Assembly (NCBI RefSeq): GCF_009914755.1
Contig: NC_060929.1
Length of the DNA stretch: 64,000 nt
Source: the human T2T-CHM13v2.0 reference genome, Homo sapiens
Direction: 5' to 3' (one strand)
Shown here piece by piece: positions 27,531-40,800 of the stretch. The notes under the pieces are model-generated. The model saw nothing but the letters and a program-made list of their open reading frames with translations. It searched no databases and was not told the DNA's origin. A program made the translations under genes and the position numbers. Position 1 is the stretch's first letter. Each line of letters opens with the position of its first letter.

Positions 27531-29462
27531 TTGAGAGAGTAGATTAATTAATGAATATATTTACATTCAATTTTATTCCAACTTTTTGGGGTCATTCTAG
27601 TAAAATGGATTAATTAGTATTGATAGGATATTACAATAAATCTAATAAAAAAGATTACATATACACCAAACTGACATGCTTACCAACTTAAATGAAGAAT
27701 TGAGTCATTAACTCAGAATAAAACTGTACTTGTATGTATCAAATCTCCAAATAACCTTGACTTTATTTTTTAGTACAGGCACAACCTACAATTCAAGTCT
27801 ATTAATAATCTGCCAGTTTATCACTAATCACTAAATTTGAGTTAATGGGATCTAATAGATCCTACCCTCCAGAAATTCACTATGAAATAGCAAACCATTT
27901 CCTCTAGAAAGAGTAACAGATTTTGTATAAAATATAGCTCTCACCTTTTGTGATTCTGCAAGAACCCCATACTAACAATGGTGTTAGCTGAGAGAAGACT
28001 GGCTCATGTTAAATCCAAAGTCATGAAATATCCATGCTATAGCAGGGGTATATTTTATTTTATGACTTAAATAAAAACACTTCTAAAATCACATATCCTG
28101 TGATAATAAGATTCAAAAAAGAGCCTAGGGTTATTGGAACACATGAAATTCAAGCCTGAAAAGAATTTAGTTGGTTTAAAATTATTTGAAGACCATATGA
28201 AAGTATGGAATCTCCTTCTAGCTTCAGCTTAATACCTACTATCACTATGGGGATATAAGTAGCTAGCAAAAAAATCTTCCTGCTTTATGATTCATATTCC
28301 TACATAGAATGTTTCCTAAACTCTGTGTTCACTGAAGGAAAGACTATGACTAGAGTATATTTAGTTAATCATTAGTTCATGTATAACATAAATCCCAAAG
28401 AATTCTCAAGGTTATGATAAATTAAAGCTGTCTGTATTATGACTCCTCCTACAATGAGGAAATAAATCTACCAGTATAATATATATAATTACTTTTGCAT
28501 GCTGAAAATTATTAAAATGGTATATGTAGTCACTATGTATATACTATCAGTTTTTCTATATACTTAATTCTGAATACTTTTTAAATTAAAGTCATTTAGA
28601 ATGCTAAAATCAAAGAAGTACTCAGTGAAAGTTATTTTCATGTAAAAAGTTCATTGAGAGTTCCAATTTATTTAAAGACTAGAGGGTTTGCAGGCTGGAA
28701 AGGCAAACAAACAAACAATAAATATATAAATAAATAAAGACTGGAGGAAATTGTATAATCATAAACAAATACCCTAAGTGATATTATCATATTCCGCTAT
28801 ATTTTCAAACTGCATAGATTTAAAAGACTATTTCAGTGACTTTAAGATGAATTTTTACATGTGGGTCTCCATTTTGCTGATCATAAAATAGCATTATAAG
28901 GATTAATTTCAAAAACTGAAAGATTTCCAAATCTAAACAACATAATAAACAGAAAGGAGTAGATGATCCTGTAGTACAGCATCATGAGTATAAACTTCAT
29001 GTCACTTGTTAGGTAACCCACTTTATTTCATTTGCGTTTTAACATTAAGGAGAACTCTCAGTATGATAGCAATCATGTTCAATCATCGATAAATTCTCTT
29101 TGTCACAGGAGGTCATAAGAGGAAGTAAAACTTTTTTATATCACTTCTGGTTCCATTGACTAAGATTCCTTTTAAAATATTGGTGTTTACCATGTCTCAT
29201 AGACAGATGGCATTCCCAGGCTTATCCATCCTCTGACTCTGGGCTTCAGGCATTGGAACTTTTGCTGGATAGACATCATCAATACAGAGTAGCCCAGACT
29301 TATTTCATGGACATTTTCTCCATTTCAACTGTGTCACCATAGCTTTGCAGAAAGGACCTCCTGGTCGAATTTCTAGATTATTCCCAAAAATCATTTTGGT
29401 AATTGTTTTTCTAGAATAAAAGTCAATAAACTATTTGCTTTCTAAAAATCCAGTTTTAAGTG

Positions 29463-29464
<2 letters not shown>

Positions 29465-29500
<36 letters not shown>
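29465..29500. repeat. (GT)18 microsatellite
   Basis: Seen directly. Confidence 0.97.
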
Positions 29501-29503
<3 letters not shown>

Positions 29504-29851
29504 GAGCTGCCTATATGACATCAATAAGCTCATTTGTGAGTACAGAAGTTTTATGAGGAAAGCTTCTTTTGGTCCTTACAGCAACCCACTAGTACAGAAT
29601 GATATGCATAGATCAAGGGATAACAATATTTCTATGCTTGTAAGGAAGAAGATACATGGAATATCCTAATTTTAGAATTGTTTCAAATGGAATCAGGAGT
29701 GGATTTTATGTAAACAATATTTAAGCTAAATTCAAATATTCTGTGTCTACAGCAAGTAAGAACTCACGTATTTTTACCCAGTATACAGTTGATAAATAGG
29801 CACCTAATAAGCAAAAGGACTTCATGAGGGGTAAGAGAAAGCACAAAATTA

Positions 29852-30214
<363 letters not shown>

Positions 30215-30357
30215 TCATCCAAACTTTTAAAAGAAATTGAGGCGAGAGGAATGAAATAGATCTTAGTCTTTATATAAACTAAACTAATTTTGAATTTGTT
30301 ATCAAAATTGTTATGTGAAGAAGATGTAGCTTTGAAGAAAACAAATTGAAACTAAAG

Positions 30358-30610
30358 AGGCAGTAGGCGGAGTGGTTAAACACATGAACTCTGGAGTTAA
30401 ACTGCCTGGATTTGAACCATGACTGTGCTACTTAATATAACAGCTGAGTGATCTTGGGTTTGTTACTTAACTTATCTGTGCTGTTTTCTCATCTGCAAAG
30501 GGAGATAATAATGCCTATTTCATACGGATGTTATGAGAATTAAATGAGCTAAAATGTGAAATTCACTTCAAACAACAGTACTGACATGCTATGCATTCAT
30601 TATTACTAAT
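30358..30610 (+). mobile_element. MIR SINE
   Basis: agtggttaaacacatgaactctggag...ttacttaacttatctgtgctgttttctcatctgcaaa...gttatgagaattaaatgag. Confidence 0.8.
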
Positions 30611-30789
30611 GACTACCTGATTACAGATGTGGCCCCTTATCATATAGTGAGAGAATAGCCAGGAAATATTATAGTGAATATCCCGTGCTCCACTGGCCGA
30701 ATCGTCTTCAGTTATGCAGGTCAAGATTTTTAAAGATAGAAAATAAAGGAATTGGAACACAAGAAGAGAAATATCATAAAACTTCTGGT

Positions 30790-31015
30790 GCCTGGACAGT
30801 AGTTAAAAGTTCTGACTGTAAGTTCAGAGATGCATGTTTAAATCCTGCTCTGCTACTTACTAGCTATGTTACCTTGGACAGGTTACATAAAGTCTCTCGG
30901 TCTCAGTTTCCTAATCTGCAAATTAAGGATAATAATTTGCAGATTATTATTTATACCTAACTCATAAGGATGTTGTGAGGATCAAATACAATCCTACATG
31001 TAAAGCACTCAGGGC
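30790..31015 (+). mobile_element. MIR SINE
   Basis: aatcctgctctgctacttactagctatgttaccttggacagg...tctcagtttcctaatctgcaaa...gttgtgaggatcaaat. Confidence 0.8.
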
Positions 31016-32545
31016 ATAGCAGGCACTCAATAAACCTTGTCTCTTTTTATTAAGTCACAACGTAGTACATTAATGAAGACGTTGCCTATATAACACATAC
31101 CTGTATCACCCTTAAAATTTTCTAAAGTGGAGGGAACCAAGTAACATACTTAATAAAATTGTTAAACAGTACATATAACATTACAACCACATTTTATAGC
31201 ACGGCCATTATATTCTTTCAGATAAGCAAGTATGTATAGGTGTTTTCCATACGATAGTCACAAAATGATTTAAAAGTGAAAGAGAAAGGGAAAATCAGTG
31301 ATGCCATGGAACAATTCAAGACATATTTAATTTCAGTTTGAACTGAATTCTTAACCTCCGCATTTTTCTCTAAAAGCAAAAGATTGAGTAAAAATAATAT
31401 ATTCCAAATGGTTTCTGTGATTTACCCTATCCTCTCTGGCTGAAGTGTAAAAGGTCCTTATGGCCTGCCCACAGTAGTTTGGGCCTGAGTGTCACATTGA
31501 ATTGGGCAGGTCATGTAACTAGAGGACCTATGTAAGGCCTACATGAGTAGCTCAGTGAAACAAGACAGTGCTCACACAAGTTTTTAAATACAAAACTTCC
31601 TGACACCTCCTCAAAGAATTTGTGAAAGCAGTTCCTCAATCAGCAGTTCACATTTATGTGTGCAATGGGTTCAGAGAAAACTATGAATTACCTTTGAAAA
31701 CTGACTTTACTTTGTTAGTGGATACCAAGAAAATATTTCTGCACTTAACTTTTAATTTCCTGTGCTTGGGTTGATCCAGCCTTAACATTAAGTCCTTTTC
31801 ATAAGAAGAAAATCGACTCATCATTGAAACCAAGCTTTGGTACAATTTCATTGATGTTTCCAGAAGCAGGACAACATGCAGAGAGATTAATAAACAAAGT
31901 AAAACTTAATTCTGCCAAGCAATATCATAACTTTAGTTTTCATACTATGATTCTACCCTTTGAGAACCATGAGAAAGTCTCAAATATATTAGCTATTATT
32001 AATAAATACACATTTAAAAGTCAGTAACTCAAGGCACTAGAAGTGTTCCACAGTAGAAGTTGCTAAAATAAAACTGAATTATTTCTCAATTAAATCCTAC
32101 TCACAGATAAATCAGAGCCAAATTCACCTAGAAATTTAGAAATTCTAACAGAATCACAAAATATGAGGAATGTGTGGTATCTTTGTCTCCTAATTGGGCT
32201 CTCTTCCTCCTCCCAACTTCTAACTATAAACATAGCTCAGTTTGTTGGTAGAATTTCTGTCTTTCTCAGAACACATTCAGTCACGTGGCTTTAACTATTT
32301 ATTTTCTACACATGACTCCAAAGTTTAGTACTTCAGCCCTCAGCTTATATTCATGTTCCAATATATTTTCTCTGCTTAGTAGAACTTTTCATCTTCTCAA
32401 ACTTAACATCTAAAATTAGCTCCCACATGTAACTTTTTCTCTCCTAATGAATAATCCCACAAGTTTTCTAGTCATCCAAGCCGAAATCCTCCATATGTGA
32501 CTTCTTTCCTCATACCCCACATGCAGTCAGGCCCTCAAAATGCTT

Positions 32546-32983
32546 TGTTTGGATTGGTGGCCCCCAGTGAGCCATGCCCCCCAGTATCATACCTCCCACA
32601 CTGACTTGCTTTGGCCAATGGGACATGAGCAAGGGTAATACAAGTGAAATCTTGATAAGTACTTGCACACTGTGGCTTATGCCCTCTTGAAATGCTCTCT
32701 CATGGAGCCTTGAGCTACCATGCAGAGGTCATGCTACTCTACTGAGGAGATTTTGTGGTGAGAGAGAAGCCCAGCCAGCTGCCACCTGTTCCGGCCATTT
32801 AGAGGAGATGCCAGACATGCTACTGAAGAATTCATCATGGCCATCCCAACACCAGCAGACAACCAGTGAAGCAGAAGACAGCTGAGCTCAACCCAGATGG
32901 TAGGATTAAGACAAATAATAGGTATTTATGGTTTTAAGTTACTATATTTTGGGTGGTTAGTATGCAGCAACAGATACCTGAAA
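32546..32983 (+). mobile_element. MLT1H-type MaLR LTR
   Basis: tgacttgctttggccaatgggac...gagctaccatg...tttaagttactatattttgggtggttagtatgcagcaacagatac. Confidence 0.7.
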
Positions 32984-33890
32984 TGTTTTTTATGCAGCCA
33001 TCCTAAAAATCTCAAGTCTGCAGGGATCTCTACCCCAATCAAATGCTTATTGCACCTTTGTGGACTTTTTTCTTGCTTCTTCATTGTGTAATATATCATC
33101 TTGAACCATGGGACTTTTTAATTCATTCATGTTTTCTTCTCTAGCATGACTCTAAGTGTCTTACTTTCTGAATCTAGAATATCATGGACCCAATAATTAT
33201 TTGTTGAAAAAAGAAAGACAGAAAGAGAGGGAGAAGAAAGAGAGGGAGAATAAAGGGAAGAAAAGCTAGTAAACTACAGAAGAAACAAATTCGTCAAGTC
33301 ATACTGAACAAAAGTGGACATAAGACCGTGGGTAAAAGTAGGGAGAAGAGTACTGATGTCTTTGCACACTGGGCAAACACAAGAGAAACGTGCTGCATAG
33401 ATAACTATGACTATAAAATATGGGTCAAGGTAAATGATTGAAACATTTTCTACTTTGCCATAAGATCATGGGAAATAAAACAGAAATAACCACCTTACAG
33501 AAACTTTGCTATTATGTACTGACATCACTTCTTTTCAACACATGCTTTTGTAAGTGAAGAAAATGCCATCAATGTAAGCACTATCAATATATTTCCATAT
33601 ATATTTCATGTACAAACTGAATTAAAGGAGACTGAGTTTGTGTTGAAGAGAAATTACCAACAGTCTTATGTTAGGAATACAGTGAGTGATTATAATTGAT
33701 GACAGTTTTAGCATGGTAGTAATGAGAACAAGGTAGGTTTTTCCCATTTCCCACTCCTATCTTCATCACTAAAATAGATTCAGGGTGTGCCATTTTCTCT
33801 TCTTATTAGTCTCTGTCATAAGAACATGGCATCGGAATATTAATGCCTGAAAGAACCTAAAGAAAACAAAGTTTTGTAGCTTTAAGTCTC

Positions 33891-34214
33891 TGGTGTGTAG
33901 AATTGCTAGCTAAGAAAAAAAAACTCAAGTACTTCTTCAGAAATTTTAGTGAAAATTGTCTCATTTGTTAGGTGTTTTTTAAAAAACTCTGTTAGAACAA
34001 GTGTTTTGTTAATTAGAAAATTAAGTGATAAATATTAAGATACTGTAAATTGTGTATGGTGTATAGAATTGCTAGCTAAGAAAAAAATTCAAGAACTTCT
34101 TTAGAAATTTTAGCGAAAATTGTCTCATTTGTTAGATGTTTTTTAAAAACGCTTTTAGAACAAGTGTTTTGTTAATTAGAAAATTAAGTGATAAATATTA
34201 AGATACTGTAAATT
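33891..34214. repeat. Direct tandem duplication of ~160 bp (33891-34051 and 34057-34214)
   Basis: Both copies start tggtgt(g/a)tagaattgctagctaag and end gatactgtaaatt. They differ by about 8 substitutions plus A-run indels and are separated by a 5-nt linker GTGTA. Confidence 0.97.
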
Positions 34215-34569
34215 TTCAATAAATACTCCTGAATTTCTCCTTACGTTTTGCAAGAAAGGTTCTTTAATAGTAGTATGACTAGATAAACCTCACCTGCAAT
34301 GCTACCATATGACTAAAATATGGTAATAACAAGGGAAGGTTATTGGATCACATTTATGGCATGTCTAAATTACAATACAAATAAATTTCAATCATGTCAG
34401 CTTATCTAGAAACCATCTTCATCACTCAATTAAGTTGAAACAGAAGACGTAAGTTCTTTTGTTCCCAGGAGGTTGCTTTGTTTATCTGCCAAATTCACAA
34501 AGACTTCACAATTTATCTACTGGAGCAGCATTCTGAAAAATTCAGTACCATATAAAGACCTCTTAGGGC

Positions 34570-34950
34570 AAGGCTAAGAGAACTTGACTTAGAGCCAGGA
34601 GACTTGGGTCCAAGCAGCTTTTCTACGCATTCCCACTCTGGCCATGGGAAAGCTAATTAACTTCTCCAAGCTTCAGTTTCCTCATCTATAAAATGGGCAT
34701 AATAATTGATTATGGGGATGTGAGTATTAATACAACTAATGTGGAAAATACTCTGTGAACTCTATTGCATTGGGTCTCAAAGGGTGGTCCTTAGATCAGC
34801 AGCATCAGCATCTTTTGGGAACTAGTTAGAAGTAAAAATTCTCGGAACTCATCTTAGATCTACCAAAACAGAGATGCCAAGGTGGGGGACCAGTAACCTC
34901 TGTGTTAACAAGGTCCCCAGGTGATTCTGATGGGTGCTGAAGTTTGGCAT
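34570..34950. mobile_element. MIR followed by MER5A
   Basis: cttcagtttcctcatctataaaatggg (MIR core), then tctcaaagggtggtcc...cagcagcatcagcatc...aacaaggtccccaggtgattctgat (MER5A). Confidence 0.75.
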
Positions 34951-36649
34951 TGTCACTTACTGGCTTAGGCAAGGGCCTTAATGACTTAACTCAGTGCCTA
35001 GGTTTTCTCATTCATAAATGTAGGTTTGAATTGTGCCTACCTCATAGCAATAATATGATTCAATGCGTTATCATCTGTAGGGTACAGAGAACAGTGTCAC
35101 AAAAGGGGCAAACAGAATTTAAAAGTAGGTTATTATTTTATAATCCAAGTATGATTCTAGGCCCTGGGAATACCAAGGTGAACAAGATAGATATGGTCCC
35201 TGGTCTCACAAACAAGACTAACATGAAGAAACAAATAAGCAGCAGAGAAGAAACGATGATAGCCGATTGGAAGCAGCTGTGGTCCTCAGCACTTACAGAG
35301 AGGAATGAAAGGAGCAAGTGAATTCAGCACCTTCAGCTGAGATACCTGGGTTCTCGTATTGGGACTGATGAGGCAAACAGCTCAACCCAAGGAGAGCAAA
35401 GAGAAGCAGTGCTGGGTGATGCCCCACCCAGGAGTGGCACGGAGCCAAGGGAACCCTCACCCCCAGCCAAAAGAAGCGTGAGTGATTATGGGACCCCACA
35501 CAGGAAACTTCACTTCTCCCACAGATCTTTGCAACTTGCAGATCAGGAGATCACCTCATGAGCCCATGTCACCAGGGCGTTGGGTCCGTTACATGGAGTT
35601 ATGTGGAGTTGGCAGAGTGGCCACCCAGGCACACACAGAGAACCCAAAATTTTGCATATTCCAGCCCTGTGCTCTGTGGCAAGGCAAGAGATATGTCCAT
35701 GCATGTCCCTAGGAAGGAGGCTGAGTCCAGGGAGCCAAATGGCATCACTCTGTGGGCCCCACTTCCACAGTGGCTTGTGGGTTGAGACCCACTGGCTTAG
35801 AATTCCAGCCGGCCTACAGCAGCAGGCTGAAGTCTGCTGGAATTGGGATCGAGTTCCCCAGGGGGAGGGGCAGCTGCCATCTCTGTGGATTGGTAGATTT
35901 AATCATTTCAGCCTGTCAGCTTTGAAGAATACGGGTGGTCTGGACAAGAAAGGGTCCCCCACAGCAGAGCATAGTTGCCTTGCCAGATCGTAGCCAGACT
36001 GCTTCTTTAAGTGAGACCCCAATCCATTCCTCCTCATTGGGCGAGACCTCCCTGTGGCTTCAGCCACTCCAGCAAGGGTTCTACAGACAGAGCTCTGATC
36101 TCTCCCTGGGACAAAGCTCCCAGGGAGAGTGGAAGCTACCATCTCTGTGGTTTGGTAGACTCAGCCATTCCAGCCTTCTGCCTCTGGAGAATACAAATGG
36201 TCAGGAAGAAGAAGGGTCCCTTCAATGCAGTGCACCTGCTCTACCAAAGGGCAGCCAAGATGGCTTCTTTGGGTGGGTCCCTGATCTCATTCCTGCTGAC
36301 TAGGTGAGACCTCCCAGGAAGGCTCTCCAGCCACCTCCTATAGGTGTGTTCAGGCTGGCAACAGGTCAGTGCCCCCTGGGACAGAGCTTCCAGAGGAAAG
36401 AGAAGGCTGCCATCTTTGCTGTCTTGCAGCCTTCACTGGTGGTACCTCTGGGAATGGGAAAAACCGAGGCAACTATGATTGGAACAGACTCCCAGCAAAC
36501 CACAGCAGCCCTATGGAAGAGTAGCCTGACTGTTAAAAGAAAAACAAACAGAAACCAACAACAACATCAACATCAACAAAAAAGAACCCACAGAAACTCC
36601 ATTCAAAGGTCAGCAACCTCAAATATCAAAGGTAAATAAACCCATAAAG

Positions 36650-37745
36650 ATGAGAAAGAATCAATGCAAAAACGCTGAAAACTCAAAAAGCCAAAGTGTC
36701 TCTCCTCCTCCACATGACCACAACACCTCTCCAGCAGGGGCACAGAACTAGGCTGAGGCTGAGATGACTGAACTGAAAGAAGCAGTAGGCTTCAGGAGGT
36801 GGGTAATAATGAACTTTGTAGAGCTAAAGGAGCATATTTTAACCCAATGCAAAGAAACTAAGACTCATGATAAAACAATATAGGAGCTGAAAGCCAGTAC
36901 AACCAGTTTAGAGAGGAATATAACCAACCTGATGGAGCCAAAAGACACAACATGAGAACTTCATAATGCAATCACAAGTATCAATAGCAGAATAGAACAA
37001 GCAGAGGAAAGAATCTCAGAGCTTGAAGACTATCTTTTTGAAATAAGACAGGCAGACAAGAATAGAGAAAAAGGAATGAAAAGGAATGAAAAAACCTCCG
37101 AGAAATATGGGATTATGTAAATAGACCAAACCTAAAACTGATTGGGGTACCTGAAAGAGATGGGGAGAATCGAACAAAGTTGGAAAACATACATCATGAT
37201 ACCATCCAGGAGAACTTCTCCAACCTAGCAAGACAGGCCAACATTCAAATTCAGGAAATGCAGAGAACCCCAGTAAGACACTCCATGAGAAGATCAAACC
37301 CAACACACATAATCATCAGATTCTCCAAGGTTGAAACGAATGAAAAATTGTTAAGGACAGCCAGAGAGAAGGGTCAGTTCACCTACAAAAGAAAGTCCCT
37401 CAGACTAATAGCCGACTTCTCAGTGGAAACCCTACAAGTCAGAAGAGACTGGGGGACAATACTCAACATTCATTTTTCTTTTTTTTTTTTGTGAATGGGC
37501 AGTGGCTCACCTCATGGTGGACTGCCCACCCTAATATTCTTAAAGAAAAGAACTTCCAGCACAGAATTTCATATCCAGCCAAAGTAAGCTTCTTAAGTGA
37601 AGGAGAAGTAAGATCCTTTTCAGGCAAGCAAATGCTGAGGTAATTTGTCACCACTAGGCCTGCCTTGCAAGAGTTCCTGAAAGAAGCACTAAACATGGAG
37701 AGGAAAAAACACTACCAGCCACTACAAAAACACATTGAAGTACCC
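36650..37745 (+). pseudogene. L1 ORF1p remnant (disrupted)
   Basis: Start ATGAGAAAGAATCAATGC; fragment IQENFSNLARQANIQIQEMQRTPVR...HIIIRFSKVE; stops and an insertion at 37472-37531. Confidence 0.9.
37472..37531 (-). pseudogene. Retrotransposed 41-nt 18S rRNA fragment with a poly(A) tail
   Basis: Minus strand reads GGGTGGGCAGTCCACCATGAGGTGAGCCACTGCCCATTCAC plus an A tail. Human 18S as recalled is GGGCGGGCGGTCCGCCGCGAGGCGAGCCACCGCCCGTCCCC: 31/41 identical, with 8 of 10 mismatches being CpG transitions. Degenerate TSD CAACATTCAT/TAATATTCTT. Confidence 0.8.
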
Positions 37746-37807
37746 AGACCTGTGACAATACAAGCAATCGCATAAACAAGTCTGCAAAATAACCAGCTAG
37801 CATCATG

Positions 37808-40800
37808 ATGACAGGATCAAATTCACCCATAACAATACTGACCTTAAATGTAAAATGGGCTAAATTCAACAATCAGAAGATACAGAATGGCAAATCTGAT
37901 AAAGAGCCAAGACCCATCAGTATGCTGTCTTCAAGAGACCCATCTCACATCCAAAGACACACATAGGCTCGAAATAAAGGGATGGAGAAAAATTTGCCAA
38001 GCAAATGGAAAACAGAAAAAAGCCAGAGTTGCAATCATAGTTTCTGACAGAACAGACTTTAAACGAACAAATCAAAAAGACCAAGACGGGCATTACATAA
38101 TGATAAAGAGTTCAATTCAACAAGAAGATCTAACTACTCTAAATATATATGTACCCAATACAGGAGCATGCAGATTCATAAAGCAAATTCTTAGAGACCT
38201 ACAAAAAGACTTAGAATCCTACACAAGAATGATGGGAGACTTCAGCACCCCTCTGTCAATATTAGATCATTGAGACAGAAAATTCACAAAGATATTCAGG
38301 ACCTGAACTCAGCTCTGGATCAAGTGGACATGAAAGACATCTACAGAACTCTCCATCCAGAAACAACAGAATATATATTCTTCTCATAGCCATATGGCAC
38401 TTACTTTAAAATTGATCACATCATTTGAAGTAAAACACTCCTCAGCAAATGCAAAAAAAAAACCTGAAATCATAACAAATAGTCTCTCAGACCACAGCAC
38501 ACAGCACAATCAAATTAAAATTCAAGATTAAGAAATTCGCACAAAACCACACAACTACATGGAAATTAAACAACCCGTTCCTGAATGACTCTTGGGTAAA
38601 TAATGAAATTAAGGCAGAAATAAAGAAGTTCCTTGAAACTAATGATAATAAAAAGACAACATACCAGAATCTCAGGGACACAGATAAAGCAGTGTTAAGA
38701 GGGAAATTTATAGTACTAAATGCCCACATCAGAAAGCTAGAAAGATCTCAAGTTAACAACCGAACATCTCAACTGGAAGAGCTAGAGAACCAAGAGCCAA
38801 CAAACTCCCAAGCTAGCAGAAGACAAGAAATAACCAATATCAGAGCTGAACTAAAAGAGAGAGAGACACGAAAAACCCTTCAAAAAATTCAACAAATCCA
38901 GGAGCTGGTTTTTTTAAAAAATTAAAAAAAATAGACCACTAGCTAGACTAATAAGAAAACAGAGAAGAATCAAACAAACACAATCAGAAATGATAAGGGG
39001 TTATTACCACTGACTCCACAGAAATACAAACAGCCATCAGAGAATACTATAAACACCTCTATGCACATAAACTAGAAAATTTAGAAGAAATGAATAAATT
39101 CCTGCACACATACACCCTCCTAAAACTGAACCAGGAAGAAATTGAATCCCTGAATAGACCAATAACAAGTTCTGAAATTGAGGCAGTAATAAATAGCCTA
39201 CCAACCAAAAAAAGCCCAAGACCAGACAGATTCACAGCTGAATTCTACCAGAGGTACAAAGAAGAGTGGGTACCATTTCCACTGAAACTAGTCTAAAAAA
39301 AATTGAAAAAGAGGGACTCCTCTCTAACTCATTTTAAGAGGCCAGCCTCATCCTGATAGCAAAACCTGGCAGAGATACAAAAACAAAAGAAAACTTCAGG
39401 CCAATATCCTTGAGGAATATCGATGCAAAAATCCTCAATAAATTACTGGCAAACCAAACCCAGCAGCACCTCAAAAAGCTTATCCACCACGATCAAGTTG
39501 GCTTTATCCCTGGGATGCAAGATTGGTTCAACATAAGCAAATCAATAAATGTAATTCATCACATAAACAGAACTAAAGACAAAAACCACATGATAATCTC
39601 AATAGACACAGGAAAGGCATTTGATAAAATTCAACATCCGTTCATGTTAAAAACTCAATAAACTAGGTATTGAAGAAATGTACCTCAAAATAAAAGACAA
39701 AACCAAGCCAATATCATACTGAATGGGCAAAAGCTGGAAGCAGTCCCCTTGAAAACTAGCACAAGACAAGGATGCCCTCTCTCAGCACTCCTGTTCAATG
39801 TAGTATTGGAAGTTCTGGCCAGGGCAATCAGGCAAAAGATGGAAATAAAGGGATTCAAATAGGGAGAGAGGAAGTCAAATTATCTTTTTTGCAGATGACA
39901 TGATCCTATAAATAGAAAACCTCATTGTCTCAGCCCAAAAGCTTCTTAAGTTGATACACAACTTCAGAAAAGTCTCAGGATACAAAATCAATGTGCAAAA
40001 ACCTCTAGCACTCCTATACACCAACAACAGGCAAGCAGAGAGCCAAATCATGAATGAAGTCCCATTCACAATTGCTGCAAAAGAATAAAATACCTATGAA
40101 TACAACTAACAAGGAAAGTGATGGACCTCTTCAAGGAGAACTACAAACCACTGCTCAAAGAAGTCAGAGGAGACACAAACAAATGAAACTACATTCCATG
40201 CTCATAGATAGGAAGAATCAGTATCATGAAAATAGCCATACTACCCAAAGTAGTTTATAGATTCAATACTATTCCCATTAATTATGATTGACATTCTTCA
40301 CAGAATTGGAAAAAACTATTTTAAAATTCATATGGAACCAAAAGAGAGCCTGAATAACCAAAAACAATCCTAAGAAAAAAGAACAAAGCTGGAGGCATCA
40401 TGCTACCCAACTTCAAACTACTACAAGCCTACAATAACCAAAACAGCATGGTACTGCTACAAGAACAGACACACAGACCAGTGGAAGAGAATAGAGAACT
40501 CAGAAATAAGACTGCTCACCTACAACAATCTGATCTTTAACAAATCTGACCAAAACTAGCAATGGGGAACAGATTCCCTATTTAATAAATAGGGTTGGGA
40601 GAACTGGCTAGCCATATGCAGAAAATTGAAACTGTACCCGTTCCTTACACCTTATACAAAAATTAACTCAAGATGGATTAAAGACTTGAGTGTAAAACCC
40701 AATACTATAAAAACCATAGAAGAAAATCTAGGTGATACCATTCAGGACACAGGCACAGGCAAAGATTTCATGATGACAATGTCAAAAGCAATTGCAACAG

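Noticed and set aside
25348-29122. Exact 15-mer AGGAGGTCATAAGAG occurring twice (near 25348 and 29108)
   Set aside because: About one or two such 15-mer matches are expected by chance in 64 kb, and the flanks do not align.
35482-36639. Cluster of overlapping ORFs and ~260-bp repeats
   Set aside because: This is the GC-rich L1 5' UTR; its internal repeats are a known feature of these older L1PA subfamilies.
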